64,000 bases of DNA from Phoronis australis (lineage: Eukaryota > Animalia > Phoronida), in assembly GCA_002633005.1 (NCBI GenBank), contig NMRA01000180.1, positions 433,955 through 497,954 of the forward strand, in the 5' to 3' direction. The position numbers and the translations under genes are program-made. Under the pieces are notes generated by a model. That model had not been told where the DNA came from and searched no databases. It was given only the letters and a program-made list of their open reading frames with translations. Below are positions 1 through 12,400 of the stretch, one piece after another (within the stretch, counting starts at the first letter, position 1; each line of letters begins with the position of its first letter).

Positions 1-40
1 TTATGCAGACCATGGTAATGGATCCACTTTGGCACTAGAC

Positions 41-165
41 GGATCTACTTCTCACTCAGCGGATCTACTTCTCACTCGGCAGATCTACTTCTCACTCAGT
101 GGATCTACTTCTCACTCAGCGGATCTACTTCTCACTCAGCGGATCTACTTCTCACTCAGTGGATC
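41..165. repeat. 20-bp minisatellite (GGATCTACTTCTCACTCAGC); second copy 2619-2764
   Basis: About 6 vs 7 units in the two copies. Confidence 0.95.
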
Positions 166-674
166 GCCAACAAGCACCAGTCTTCCTCCTTCACAAACTG
201 CACACGAGTTCCCATTAATTGAACTATTTTTTCACCAATAGAATTCTATTCCCACTTGCTGTATTTCTTTTCACATGACTTGCAAACCTGATCTGATGAG
301 CACACTTATTTTCTTACAAACTACACCCCTTTAAATTCAGCAACAGAAGGCATTGCTTGCACATAATATGCATAATGCTTTGAACAAAGTCTACCTGTAA
401 ACTGAAACTGGGAGCACATGCGGTTCATGACAAAATAAATGTATTCATACAAACACAATTGCAATGCACGTGAAAAGAACTAAAGCATAAGAATCTAATC
501 AATAAGGCATCATCACCACGTATACAATGCCAAAGCTTAGCGACTGACCTGTGAATTTGTTCACCCGAGGTCACTGCAATAGGTAATACTAGACCAAAGC
601 CCAAAACCAAACTGGTACAACTGCTCCACTGCTTTAACCAGATATCGCAATCACATTACTGATGCTAGGACATC

Positions 675-830
675 TTAAACTAAACCAAAGCCCTGCGACT
701 GCTCAATGGCTTTAACTAGCTTCTCTTGTAGTCTCTGTTTATTAGTGTACTTGGGTAGGTCCAACAGGTTGAAACAAGTGTGTGCCACAGGTAAGAAATC
801 TTCTCCGCCTCCAACAGGCTGAATTATTAC
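675..830 (-). CDS. HERC4: Duplicate of HERC terminal exon 25 (second haplotype copy)
   Basis: Near-identical to 3274-3429 (KYTN vs KYSN). Confidence 0.75.
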   Translation of the reverse strand, partial: VIIQPVGGGEDFLPVAHTCFNLLDLPKYTNKQRLQEKLVKAIEQSQGFGLV

Positions 831-1163
831 CTGTCAAGTAAAACATTGGCGTGAAGAAACTAGCAACTTTAACACTATTCGATAGAGTAAAACAAAAAGA
901 CACCTTCGTGATTAGAATGTTCAATTATTTTACAGAAGAAGTCCTTATTGTCATACCTCATGGCTAGGATTTGACACGTGGACTGACAACTTATAATTAA
1001 CACAAGTGACCAACAGAGTGGTGCTATACTTGGACACTCTCCTATGCTCATAAAGACATAATAATTCATTGTTTCATTCATGAGGCATTTATCACCTTTG
1101 TTACAGTGGCTGCAAGAGATTACAAGGAGATTTCTTTCTCCAGATTTATCTCTAATGATAGAA

Positions 1164-1322
1164 ACAGTAATATGTCCTTTTACAACCACCATACCTCAGA
1201 CATTCAACAGAATGGTCAGTAATACGTCCTTTTACAACCACCATACCTGACATTCAACAGAATGGTCAGTAATACGTCCTTTTACAACCACCATACCTCA
1301 GACATTCAACAGAATGGTCAGT
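1164..1322. repeat. ~50-52-bp tandem repeat, 3 units (also 3763-3920 and 4758-4893)
   Basis: CAGTAATACGTCCTTTTACAACCACCATACCTCAGACATTCAACAGAATGGT repeated. Confidence 0.9.
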
Positions 1323-3273
1323 CTGTGGTAAAGCATATTACGCAACAGCTCTTCAACAACCGAGCTGCACACAATTTTTTTTCTCGGGCCATGCCGTTTT
1401 CTACCCTGACTATGTTAACCACACTTATCAAAAGCCATCTGCAAATCAAAAAAATATCTAGTTCTCTGGTAGCAGCTGAAGCAAAGTGGATTCTCTTTTT
1501 CGCACTGTTTTAACTTTTGATCAGAAGCACACGATAGAAGAGCACAAACTAACCTTAACAGCTTTCATCCCTAATATAGGGATTCTATCACTTCCCGTCA
1601 AGAAGACTGAAAATTCAAAGGAAAAGGAAAATTAATGCAATTATGTTTTGAGTGCAGAATATCACACAGCAACTGTAACACCATGAACAGCAACAATGTT
1701 CTGTCAGATTTGTCAACCAAGTAAATAACTCGTACCGTTCCCCATTTTTACAGGAATTTCTAAGAAATAAAAAAACAGAAGACAACACATCTCTTGATGA
1801 TATGGATAAACATAGGAATTTATAGTTGTACAATATACTGATGCATAATTTACACTGTCAAGTACGCCAGCATAAAATGAAAAACAAGAATATTGTTGAC
1901 TAAAATAAGCTGCGACAATAATGTTCGTGTAGACCCAAGCAACAAATGCTCACAATCAACACAAAGTGATCCTTCCATCCCAAGAACATAGATTCCATTT
2001 AGCAAACATCTGTAAATTCAACATTGTTTCGAGCTGAGCTGCTTCTATGAGCTGCTTAATAACTTACACAGGAACTTTTTCTTCTTCTTTAGTGATAGTT
2101 CCTCAAACACATCCCAGAAAAACTTGATGGTCCTGTGCAGTGGGTGATACTCGCCTTTGTATTCCGTGTTCTGAAAACAAATTGTCTCCATAAACCAGAG
2201 GTCAGGATGACCTGGTCTGGGCCATGTTCTGTAACACTTGCCACTCGTGAGAAATCATGGATCATAGAAAAGACATTGCGAGTTAACGTCCGACTTTCTC
2301 CTGTAAGTCACTTCAGAGTTGGCNNNNNNNNNNNNNNNNNNNNNNNNNNNNNNNNNNNNNNNNNTGCTCATCTCTCAAGTTAAATAATAATGTTAATACA
2401 TATTATCAAAGTATCTAGAACTAAATATGAGACACTTGAGCTAAAATATTAAATTAATCTTCCAGACTACAAGGCAGTAGTCTCAGCAACTTGTAGTTTT
2501 GTCTGATAAGGGAGTTGTGTGGCAAGACTGCGTGGTTTGAGAGTCGGCATAATATTTTGCAAAAGCTGGTAAATAGGGTTATGCAGACCATGGTAATGGA
2601 TCCACTTTGGCACTAGACGGATCTACTTCTCACTCAGCGGATCTACTTCTCACTCAGCAGATCTACTTCTCACTCAGCAGATCTACTTCTCACTCAGCGG
2701 ATCTACTTCTCACTCAGCGGATCTACTTCTCACTCAGCGGATCTACTTCTCACTCAGCGGATCGCCAACAAGAACCAATCTTCCTCCTTCACAAACTGCA
2801 CACGAGTTCCCAATACCTGAACTATTTTTTTCACTAATAGAATTCTGTTCCCACTAGCTGTATTTCTTTTCACATGAATTGCAAACCTGATCTGATAAGC
2901 ACACTTATTTTCTTACAAACTACACCCCTTTTAATTCAGCAACAGAAGGCATTACTTGCACATAATATGCATAATGCTTTGAACAAAGTCTACCTGTAAA
3001 CTGAAACTGGGAGCACATGCGGTTCATGACAAAATAAATGTATTCATACAAACACAATTGCAATGCACGTGAAAAGAACTAAAGCATTAGAATCTAATCA
3101 ATAAGGCATCATCACGACACATACAATGCCAAAGCTTAGCGACTGACCTGTGAATTTGTTCACCAGAGGTCACTGCAATAGGTAATACTAGACCAAAGCC
3201 CAAAACCAAACTGGTACAACTGCTCCACTGCTTTAACCAGATATCGCAATCACATTACTGACGCTAGGACATC

Positions 3274-3429
3274 TTAAACTAAACCAAAGCCCTGCGACTG
3301 CTCAATGGCTTTAACTAGCTTCTCTTGTAGTCTCTGTTTATTAGAGTACTTGGGTAGGTCCAACAGGTTGAAACAGGTGTGGGCCACAGGTAAGAAATCT
3401 TCTCCGCCTCCAACAGGCTGAATTATTAC
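3274..3429 (-). CDS. HERC4: HERC terminal exon 25 ([28 protein letters not shown]...GFGLV*) with catalytic Cys
   Basis: HTCFN catalytic motif, -4 Phe, TAA stop. Confidence 0.92.
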   Translation of the reverse strand, partial: VIIQPVGGGEDFLPVAHTCFNLLDLPKYSNKQRLQEKLVKAIEQSQGFGLV

Positions 3430-6400
3430 CTGTCAAGTAAAACATTGGCGTGAAGAAACTAGCAACTTTAACACTATTCGATAGAGTAAAACAAAAAGAC
3501 ACCTTCGTGATTAGAATGTTCAATTATTTTACAGCAGAAGTCCTTATTGTCATACCTCATGGCTAGGATTTGACACGTGGACTGACAACTTATAATTAAC
3601 ACAAGTGACCAACAGAGTGGTGCTATACTTGGACACTCTCCTATGCTCATAAAGACATAATAATTCATTGTTTCATTCATGAGGCATTTATCACCTTTGT
3701 TACAGTGGCTGCAAGAGATTACAAGGAGATTTCTTTCTCCAGATTTATCTCTAATGATAGAAACAGTAATATGTCCTTTTACAACCACCATACCTCAGAC
3801 ATTCAACAGAATGGTCAGTAATACGTCCTTTTACAACCACCATACCTGACATTCAACAGAATGGTCAGTAATACGTCCTTTTACAACCACCATACCTCAG
3901 ACATTCAACAGAATGGTCAGTCTGTGGTAAAGCATATTACGCAACAGCTCTTCAACAACCGAGCTGCACACAATTTTTTTTCTCGGGCCATGCCGTTTTC
4001 TACCCTGACTATGTTAACCACACTTATCAAAAGCCATCTGCAAATCAAAAAAATATCTAGTTCTCTGGTAGCAGCTGAAGCAAAGTGGATTCTCTTTTTC
4101 GCACTGTTTTAACTTTTGATCAGAAGCACACGATAGAAGAGCACAAACTAACCTTAACAGCTTTCATCCCTAATATAGGGATTCTATCACTTCCCGTCAA
4201 GAAGACTGAAAATTCAAAGGAAAAGGAAAATTAATGCAATTATGTTTTGAGTGCAGAATATCACACAGCAACTGTAACACCATGAACAGCAACAATGTTC
4301 TGTCAGATTTGTCAACCAAGTAAATAACTCGTACCGTTCCCCATTTTTACAGGAATTTCTAAGAAATAAAAAAACAGAAGACAACACATCTCTTGATGAT
4401 ATGGATAAACATAGGAATTTATAGTTGTACAATATACTGATGCGTAATTTACACTGTCAAGTACGCCAGCAGAAAATGAAAAACAAGAATATTGTTGACT
4501 AAAATTATACAGTTAGACGAACTTACCTTAAGTGAAGGATGACTGTAATTTTATGTATCCCCAGAATTCCCCCAGAGTGCTAACATGAGATACGGACATG
4601 CGCAAAGCGGACCATTCTTTAAAGCTCTTCTGTAATCAAGAGAGTGCTAACAGGGTGGGATGTGGAGGGCATGTTAGCACTCTGGGGGAATTCTGGGGAT
4701 ACATAAAATTACAGTCATCCTTCACTTAAGGTAAGTTCGTCTAACTGTATAATTTTNCCACCATACCTCAGACATTCAACAGAATGGTCAGTAATACGTC
4801 CTTTTACAACCACCATACCTGACATTCAACAGAATGGTCAGTAATACGTCCTTTTACAACCACCATACCTCAGACATTCAACAGAATGGTCAGTCTGTGG
4901 TAAAGCATATTACGCAACAGCTCTTCAACAACCGAGCAGCACACAGTTTTTTTTCTCGGGCCATGCCGTTTTCTACCCTGGCTATGCTAACCACACTTAT
5001 CAAAAGCCATCTGCAAATCAAAAAAATATCTAGTTCTCTGGTAGCAGCTAAAGCAAACTGGATTCTCTTTTTCGCACTGTTTTAACTTTTGATCAGAAGC
5101 ACACGATAGAAGAGCACAAACTAACCTTAACAGCTTTCATCCCTAATATAGGGATTCTGTCACTTCCCGTCAAGAAGACTGAAAATTCAAAGGAAAAGGA
5201 AAATTAATGCAATTATGTTTTGAGTGCAGAATATCACACAGCAACTGTAGCACCATGAACAGCAACAATGTTCTGTCAGATTTGTCAACCAAGTAAATAA
5301 CTCGTACCGTTCCATATTTTTACAGGAATTTCTAAGAAATAAAAAAACAGAAGACAACACATCTCTTGATGATATGGATAAACATAGGAATTTATAGTTG
5401 TACAATATACTGATGCATAATTTACACTGTCAAGTACGCCAGCATAAAATGAAAAACAAGAATATTGTTGACTAAAATAAGCTGCGACAATAATGTTCGT
5501 GTAGACCCAAGCAACAAATGCTCACAATCAACACAAAGTGATCCTTCCATCCCAAGAACATAGATTCCATTTAGCAAACATCTGTAAATTCAACATTGTT
5601 TCGAGCTGAGCTGCTTCTATGAGCTGCTTAATAACTTACACAGGAACTTTTTCTTCTTCTTTAGTGATAGTTCCTCAAACACATCCCAGAAAAACTTGAT
5701 GGTCCTGTGCAGTGGGTGATACTCGCCTTTGTATTCCGTGTTCTGAAAACAAATTGTCTCCATAAACCAGAGGTCAGGATGACCTGGTCTGGGCCATGTT
5801 CTGTAACACTTGCCACTCGTGAGAAATCATGGATCATAGAAAAGACATTGCGAGTTAACGTCCTACTTTCTCCTGTAAGTCACTTCAGAGTTGGCCAGTT
5901 ATTTAGTCTAAACTTAGTAAGCTCACAAACTTACTTACAAAATGCTATTCCTTTGTTGACGTGATGTCACTTGATATCAAAAGAAACTAGTCATAAAGAA
6001 TGCAACTCTTGTCTTAATTACAATTTATGATTGTTTTTTTAATTTTTAGTAGCTGCTTATTGTCTATAATTCCATTAACTGTATCTTATGTTTTGTAGCT
6101 TCTTACACATAAGAAGACTACTTTAGTATGACACAGTTTAACCAGAATGTAAAACACTTTACTCTGTTTCTGTCTCAACCCATATATGGGCAAAAGGCGG
6201 AGCTCACTTACTCCCTTTAGCTCCTCCCAGTCGTAGTTCTCATTACCAACAACCATGGCTTGCAACTCCAATGGATGAAACAGTTCCTTCAAAAGATTTA
6301 ACAAAGTGTTACAAAATGTTACCATCAAAAGCAACACAAGGCAGCAAAACTGTGGATGGATAATATATTAATTACAACAAAGATGATATGTTATTTTCAT

Positions 6401-9400
6401 TTAGTGATGGATCCTTCTGAGTTGAGAAAATTTCAGTCTTTACTAAGTAAAGAAAGATTCATTGTATCTTAATTTTCAACAAGTCACTGTAAACAAACTA
6501 GGTAGACAAAAAGTTACACTAGAAAAAATTAAGGACATTTAAACGATTTCAGTAAAGCTGAGCTGTAGAATTTTACAAAGCAAAAGATACAAAAACACTA
6601 AACACTTTGCTACAAAGCCTGTCTGATCAAATAGGTCAAAGGTCACGACATACCAGCACCTTCCCACCACAGACATTGTGAAAGCCTTCATAGAATGCCA
6701 TGAACTGTCGAAGCACCGACTTGTTGAAGACAAAGTCAATGTAACTGTCAACATAGTCCTGCTTATTTGACTGATTGACAGCTATGTTGGTTCCATTGCG
6801 GATCAGTTCAATGTGTTCGATCTCTCCAAACCGCTCCCGTGTAATCTGTAACAAAGTGATGTTAACAAGACTGTATGATCGTAATCTGCAACAAAGTGAT
6901 GTTAACAAGGCTGTATGATCATAACCTGTAACAAACTGATGTTAACAAGGCTGTATGATCATAATCTGTAACAAAGTGATGTTAACAAGACTGTATGATC
7001 GTAATCTGTAACAAAGTGATGTTAACAAGGCTGTATGATCATAATCTGTAACAAAGTGATGTTAACAAGGCTGTATGATCGTGCTTCATGAAATGGAAAG
7101 CATAACCTCTTTGTATTTCTTCAGATTTCTGGTAGCTTCCATAGATGCAACAATCTTGCGAGTACAGCTAATGAGGTCATGGCGATATCTCACTATGTTT
7201 TTCGTTATCTTGCATTTTCCCAAGATTCTTGCACCTGAGGAACACAGCCCTGGTTTGCCACTTGAAGTTTTGAGTTTTGTGAATACAATATTAAATGGTT
7301 GCATTTTGCTATACTCTGCTTTAGGGCAAAGTCGTATTATTTTCACTTTAATGAAGGTTTTTTGAAAGGTAACCAGAGACATGCCATAACTGCTGAAGTC
7401 AAGTATCATTTACTTGATATCTATTCTGTTTTAGTTAAACAAGATGAGTTTGTTTGATACAAAAACGATACAGAAAAGAGTTTCACTAGTCTCGAGACCA
7501 ACTTACAATACTAAAGAACAAAAGTGTAACTATAAGTTCACCATCTATGGAAATGCATGTTCAACCCAGCGCCATCTACAGCAATGAATGTGCAAACCAG
7601 CAGAGTCAAAATAACAATGTCTCAGTCAGTTGTAAACAGCAGATTATTCATAATCAAGCCTCAATCAATACATTTCAATCACTAAAAGAGTGACACGTGT
7701 AGACAACAAGTCAACGCCATGTTTTACCTCAAAGTTCAAACAGAAGACTTCCTCCATGTCATCCTCCTCATAATCCAAGAGTTGCTGTAGACTACGGCCC
7801 AGAGATGGATCCAACTCCCTGAGGTCATCCAGTACAATAGGCCTGCATTGCAAGAATATGACAAAGACTAAAATGTAGATATCATAAGTTGAATCAGATT
7901 CTACTGGCTAGGTATTTCAGTTTAACCCTTCTATCAGAGGTGTTTTACCAAAAATAACCGCCTAACAAAATTTATGCAGAATTAAAAAATCTCTGCTGAA
8001 AACAAGTTTCTTTTGTCTTTAAATCTGACCTGGTTTTGATGACTACAAATAAAATTGCCTTCATACAGAAAAATCATCAAAAATTTGGCTAAAATACTAA
8101 TCACTTTTAAATTTATAAGGGCAGCTATGATTTGAAAAAATAATAAAAACAGAATTGCATACACAAACAAGGTGGACTACGCAAAAATAAATAAACACAG
8201 CACAATGCAATCCCTTCCTATTCACACTTTAATCACACAAAGCCTCACAGAACAAGTAGTAAACAATCCTCAAACAAAACAGTACACCTAAGTTGAAAGC
8301 TATGGCCACTGTTTCAAAAACCATAGTGCTTAAACACTTAAGCAGGGGTGCATTCTGCAGCACGTGTTTCTTGCAGCTTTGGCAAGGTCACACATTAACA
8401 AGAGAATTCAGCGATAATTATTTGGAAAGCTAACATTTTGCGAAGAACTTCACAACCTAATTAGCAAAGAGTAGCAAAATGGCCACCGCTATGTGACTGG
8501 TGGCGAGTCCAGAATGCTGACTTGAGAAAAAAATTTAGTTTCCATTCCACAAGTCAAAATTTCTTGCTGCAAATGTCCTGTGCGCCAGAATTACTCCCAA
8601 GAAACATCCTCAGAATACCTTTTATTAATGATTGTATCATCAGATTTGCTAAATGAAAAGAGTACCGCATTAGCAAATTTACCAATTAAAAAATCATCAC
8701 CATTTGATCACCACCACGCTGCGTTCGACAAAGTCAAGGTTTGTATGATTCACTCGACTGTTTTACTGAATTATAGAATATTTGAAAACCTTTAGAATGA
8801 CTAGCTAGATATTCCTTTAAAAAGACAATGACTTCGTAAAGCTATGTAGAAATCCCACTCCATATGTGAGGCTACGGTAAAATCTCGCCACTTAAAGACG
8901 CAAGATGGCGGACAAGTGAAATCCTATATTCTCATTTTTTCGATAAAAGTTATGTTTCACGAAAATAACTGCCGTGTTCAAATTCTGTACCATGGTCATC
9001 AACAAAACACTATTTTGAAAAAACTGGTCATTCACAACAATGCTAAGAGTAATTTTGATAATTATTTTGGTCCAAAATTGGCGAGATAATACCACACACA
9101 GTTTCACACCATGGTATAACACTAAGCAATGTAACAGCACCCATCAACCTAAGAACCAACCCAAATTTAGTTCTCATCAACACTCACAAGCATTGAGAAA
9201 ATCCTGAGTTAGCAACTGTATGACTTGTGTAAATTGCACATGAGCTACGAAATGCAGGTATTCTATTGTATTGTAGTCTATAATTGGTAAGTGGATGCCA
9301 CTGCCTCACCTGTTGAGCAATTTTTTATATAGAGCAGTTGGGAATGGAAGGTCAATGATTGTGTAATTGTAGATAGCCAATCCACAGAGTTTGCCAATCA

Positions 9401-12400
9401 ATGAGAACATTACACTGTCCTCGAAACACTGAAACAAAAAGGGAACAGCAGACAATTAACATCTACTCCAAAATTGCAAACTTTCACAATTTTAAGCAAG
9501 AAGACTGCGATTTCAAAAGGGATGATGACAGTCAAGTTCACTCTAATTTTTAGCACTACTTTCCATGAGGGCCCACAGCACACTACACTCCCTCTCTTTC
9601 AAGCCCTCAAGTTAAGACTGAGTACAAGAATTCATTAGACCATCGTACAATGTTCGCAGTCAGACAGTAAACACAGATTCCAACTTAGCGCTCACAAGTG
9701 AGAGTCAGCACAATTGTTTGATACTATCCTCCTCAAACCAGTGCAGCACATGGACAGGTCACTAATCTGTGCTGCCGCCTCTTGGTATGGCTGGCAGATG
9801 GGTGACCTCTCCATAACACTTATGTTTCCGTTTGACCTCGAGCGCACTGACTATTATGGTGTTCAGTCTTCAATTTTGTAGATGGAATGAAAGACACTAC
9901 GAAAAAATATTGATTACCAGAGCATTTGTTCGAGTTGGAAAGATTATTTTGAAGATTCCAAATGTTTCTAAAGGTGTCCATCCACACTTCGTTAGTACAA
10001 TACAGTAATGTAACTTGAATAGTTAAGCTAGGATTAAGTGTAATTTGAAGAAAATCTTCAGGCGTACAAGCTTGATTAGGATGTGCTGTTGTTTATACAT
10101 TACAATGTTCTCTATTCACTCATAAATTGTCTCTGTCACACAGAACTCCGTTCCTTGTGCACATGCTCCTCTGTTCACAACTATACAAAGTCACATCTGA
10201 CAAGGAGTACTTGATGGGATCAAATAAACTAACAAGTCACATCACACCGTCTACTTTGCAATCATGCAATGTACATTGTACAAATTTGTAAACAGTCATG
10301 AAAGCAGATATCATACTTTGTGTAACGACCCAACAGCCGAACATTATATGTCTACTTTTAATTCACATTCACTGCAAATTTCTACATCTCAGCGCAACTT
10401 ACCAGATCTGTAAACCAGAGAAGCCGTGACTCATCGTACGAGACAAACATGCCATATTTGGGATCTAAAATCTCCCTGATTAACAGCATGAAGAATTCCT
10501 GAAAACAGACAGTAGGAACAAGATGACACCTAGCAGCACCCACGTATCATGCTATGAGCATATTTCAATCAAGCCATGATATATTGACTGTAGGTACATC
10601 AACTCTTCTTGTGACAGCTGTGCAAGTAGCCAATGAGAACTAGTTCGCTACAGTCAGCTTAAAGGAAGCCTCCACCGCAAAAGTGCATCATCTTCATACT
10701 AACTGCATCCACTACTTAATATAATACGGTAATTTTCCACTCATTTCCCACAACAACACTTGCCGAAATTGCCAGTTTTACTTTGGTACAAACAGTGGAA
10801 ACTTTGCCAAATGTCTTATGACCAGACAAACTATTCCTAGTAATAGACAAAAATTTTATTAGTAATATTTTTGTGGAGAAATTTGACAAAATACAATTTC
10901 ACTTGTCGGCCATATTGCGTACTAAATAAAGAATTGTTGCAATAAAGCTGCTTTACCCTCCAATACAAGCCTGAACAGTAAATAATCACTGACGGGGCAA
11001 TAATCAATATAAATATTCTCCATTATAGGAGATAACTTAGGAAAATGTGATGGTCATGCTGCCATGTTCTATAGAAGACAATCGCGCGAGCGGTTTGGTC
11101 TACTGCACATCATAATTATAGGGATGACCGCTGTTAAGTACAACAAAAGTTGAATATTTTTATTTTGTTTCTAGAGTTCCATTGAAGTCATTGCTCAAAA
11201 TGGGGGATAAATGGATTTATTACATGACCCTGGCACTTATTTCTCGTATACACCTGAAAACAACAGCCTTCCTACGGATCCTCCCAAAAAGTATAATTTT
11301 TCCTTGTTGACAATTGAAAAATCTTGTATAGCACTAATTGTATCACGATGAATTGATTGGTATCGCTACAAACATCAACTTCAAGAGCAAATGAATTTGG
11401 TTCATTCAGCTGATAGGAAGGGCTAAATGAATGCAGTTGGTGGAACTAAGAATCAACAAACAATATACCAACAAGTATGACTGGAATCAAAACTTGATTT
11501 ACTAAACAACAGACAACGCTTCAAACAAAACGACTCGGGACCATCAGTATCAACACTGAACTTGCACAATTTTCGGTAACAGTCACTTACAGGGGTTCTG
11601 CACATTGAGAACCAGTTCTCTCTCTGGAATAACGAGCACCAAACTACTTCTCAAAATTTGGGAACCCTGTAAGAAACCTCGAACACGAAGCAACTAGTAG
11701 TGAGATGCTGCTGAAGACAAAAATCCTGAATGCTTTAAGCATTGAACACAAAGCAACACTAGAGGGCGTCATTTATCAATGCCGACCTTACGAACGCCAC
11801 CTTCGTCGACTGCGTCCTCACCAATGAATACTACCTGAAAGGGAAAACAACACTATGATCTCTAATTCTGTAACTGGGCATGAGTTGGACGCAAGTAGAG
11901 ACACTTTCTGATGAGTGGAGTGGGTAGGGCATTATTTCCAGCAGATTTAGAGTATTTAGGAAAGTACCGAGTAGGAGCATGCTTGAAAGCACCAGTGTAT
12001 CTCAAAAAAGCTGCATTGGCGGTGCCACAATCTAAGCCAGCAGCCACTTGAATTGAGCGTCCCGCAAAATAGATCATTGCAAAGCTAGGAAATTCAGTAA
12101 CACTGTTTCTCAGGAACAAAACCTTACCTCAGAAGAAAAATGCTAACCTGATGATTTCAACTACTACACCCTAAAAGTGCACTGTTTCGCAATAAAGTTT
12201 CAAGCGGAGGGTGTCAGAGGTCAGAAAGTGCTCTACCTGCGACCAAATCACTGCCCACACTCAGACATACCTTTTTAACACCACCTGCGTCAATGGCCTC
12301 CTCGCCAGTGAACATTACCTGAAAATATAGACAGAGCATGCAGGTCCCATCACCCGACAATAAGTAAAACTACTGCAACACGTCCCAATAACCAGCAGAC

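Larger units (their letters stand above)
1..5895. repeat. Near-identical duplication of the HERC 3' end: 1-2323 matches 2579-4504 plus 4758-5895; copies separated by N gaps
   Basis: Only scattered SNP differences; junctions coincide with Ns at 2324-2364 and 4757. Confidence 0.9.

Noticed and set aside
875-1192. 105-aa ORF in the last HERC intron with faint resemblance to a HECT C-terminus ([10 protein letters not shown]...NHEGVF)
   Set aside because: No HTCFN motif or convincing acceptor; starts within a tandem repeat; likely chance.
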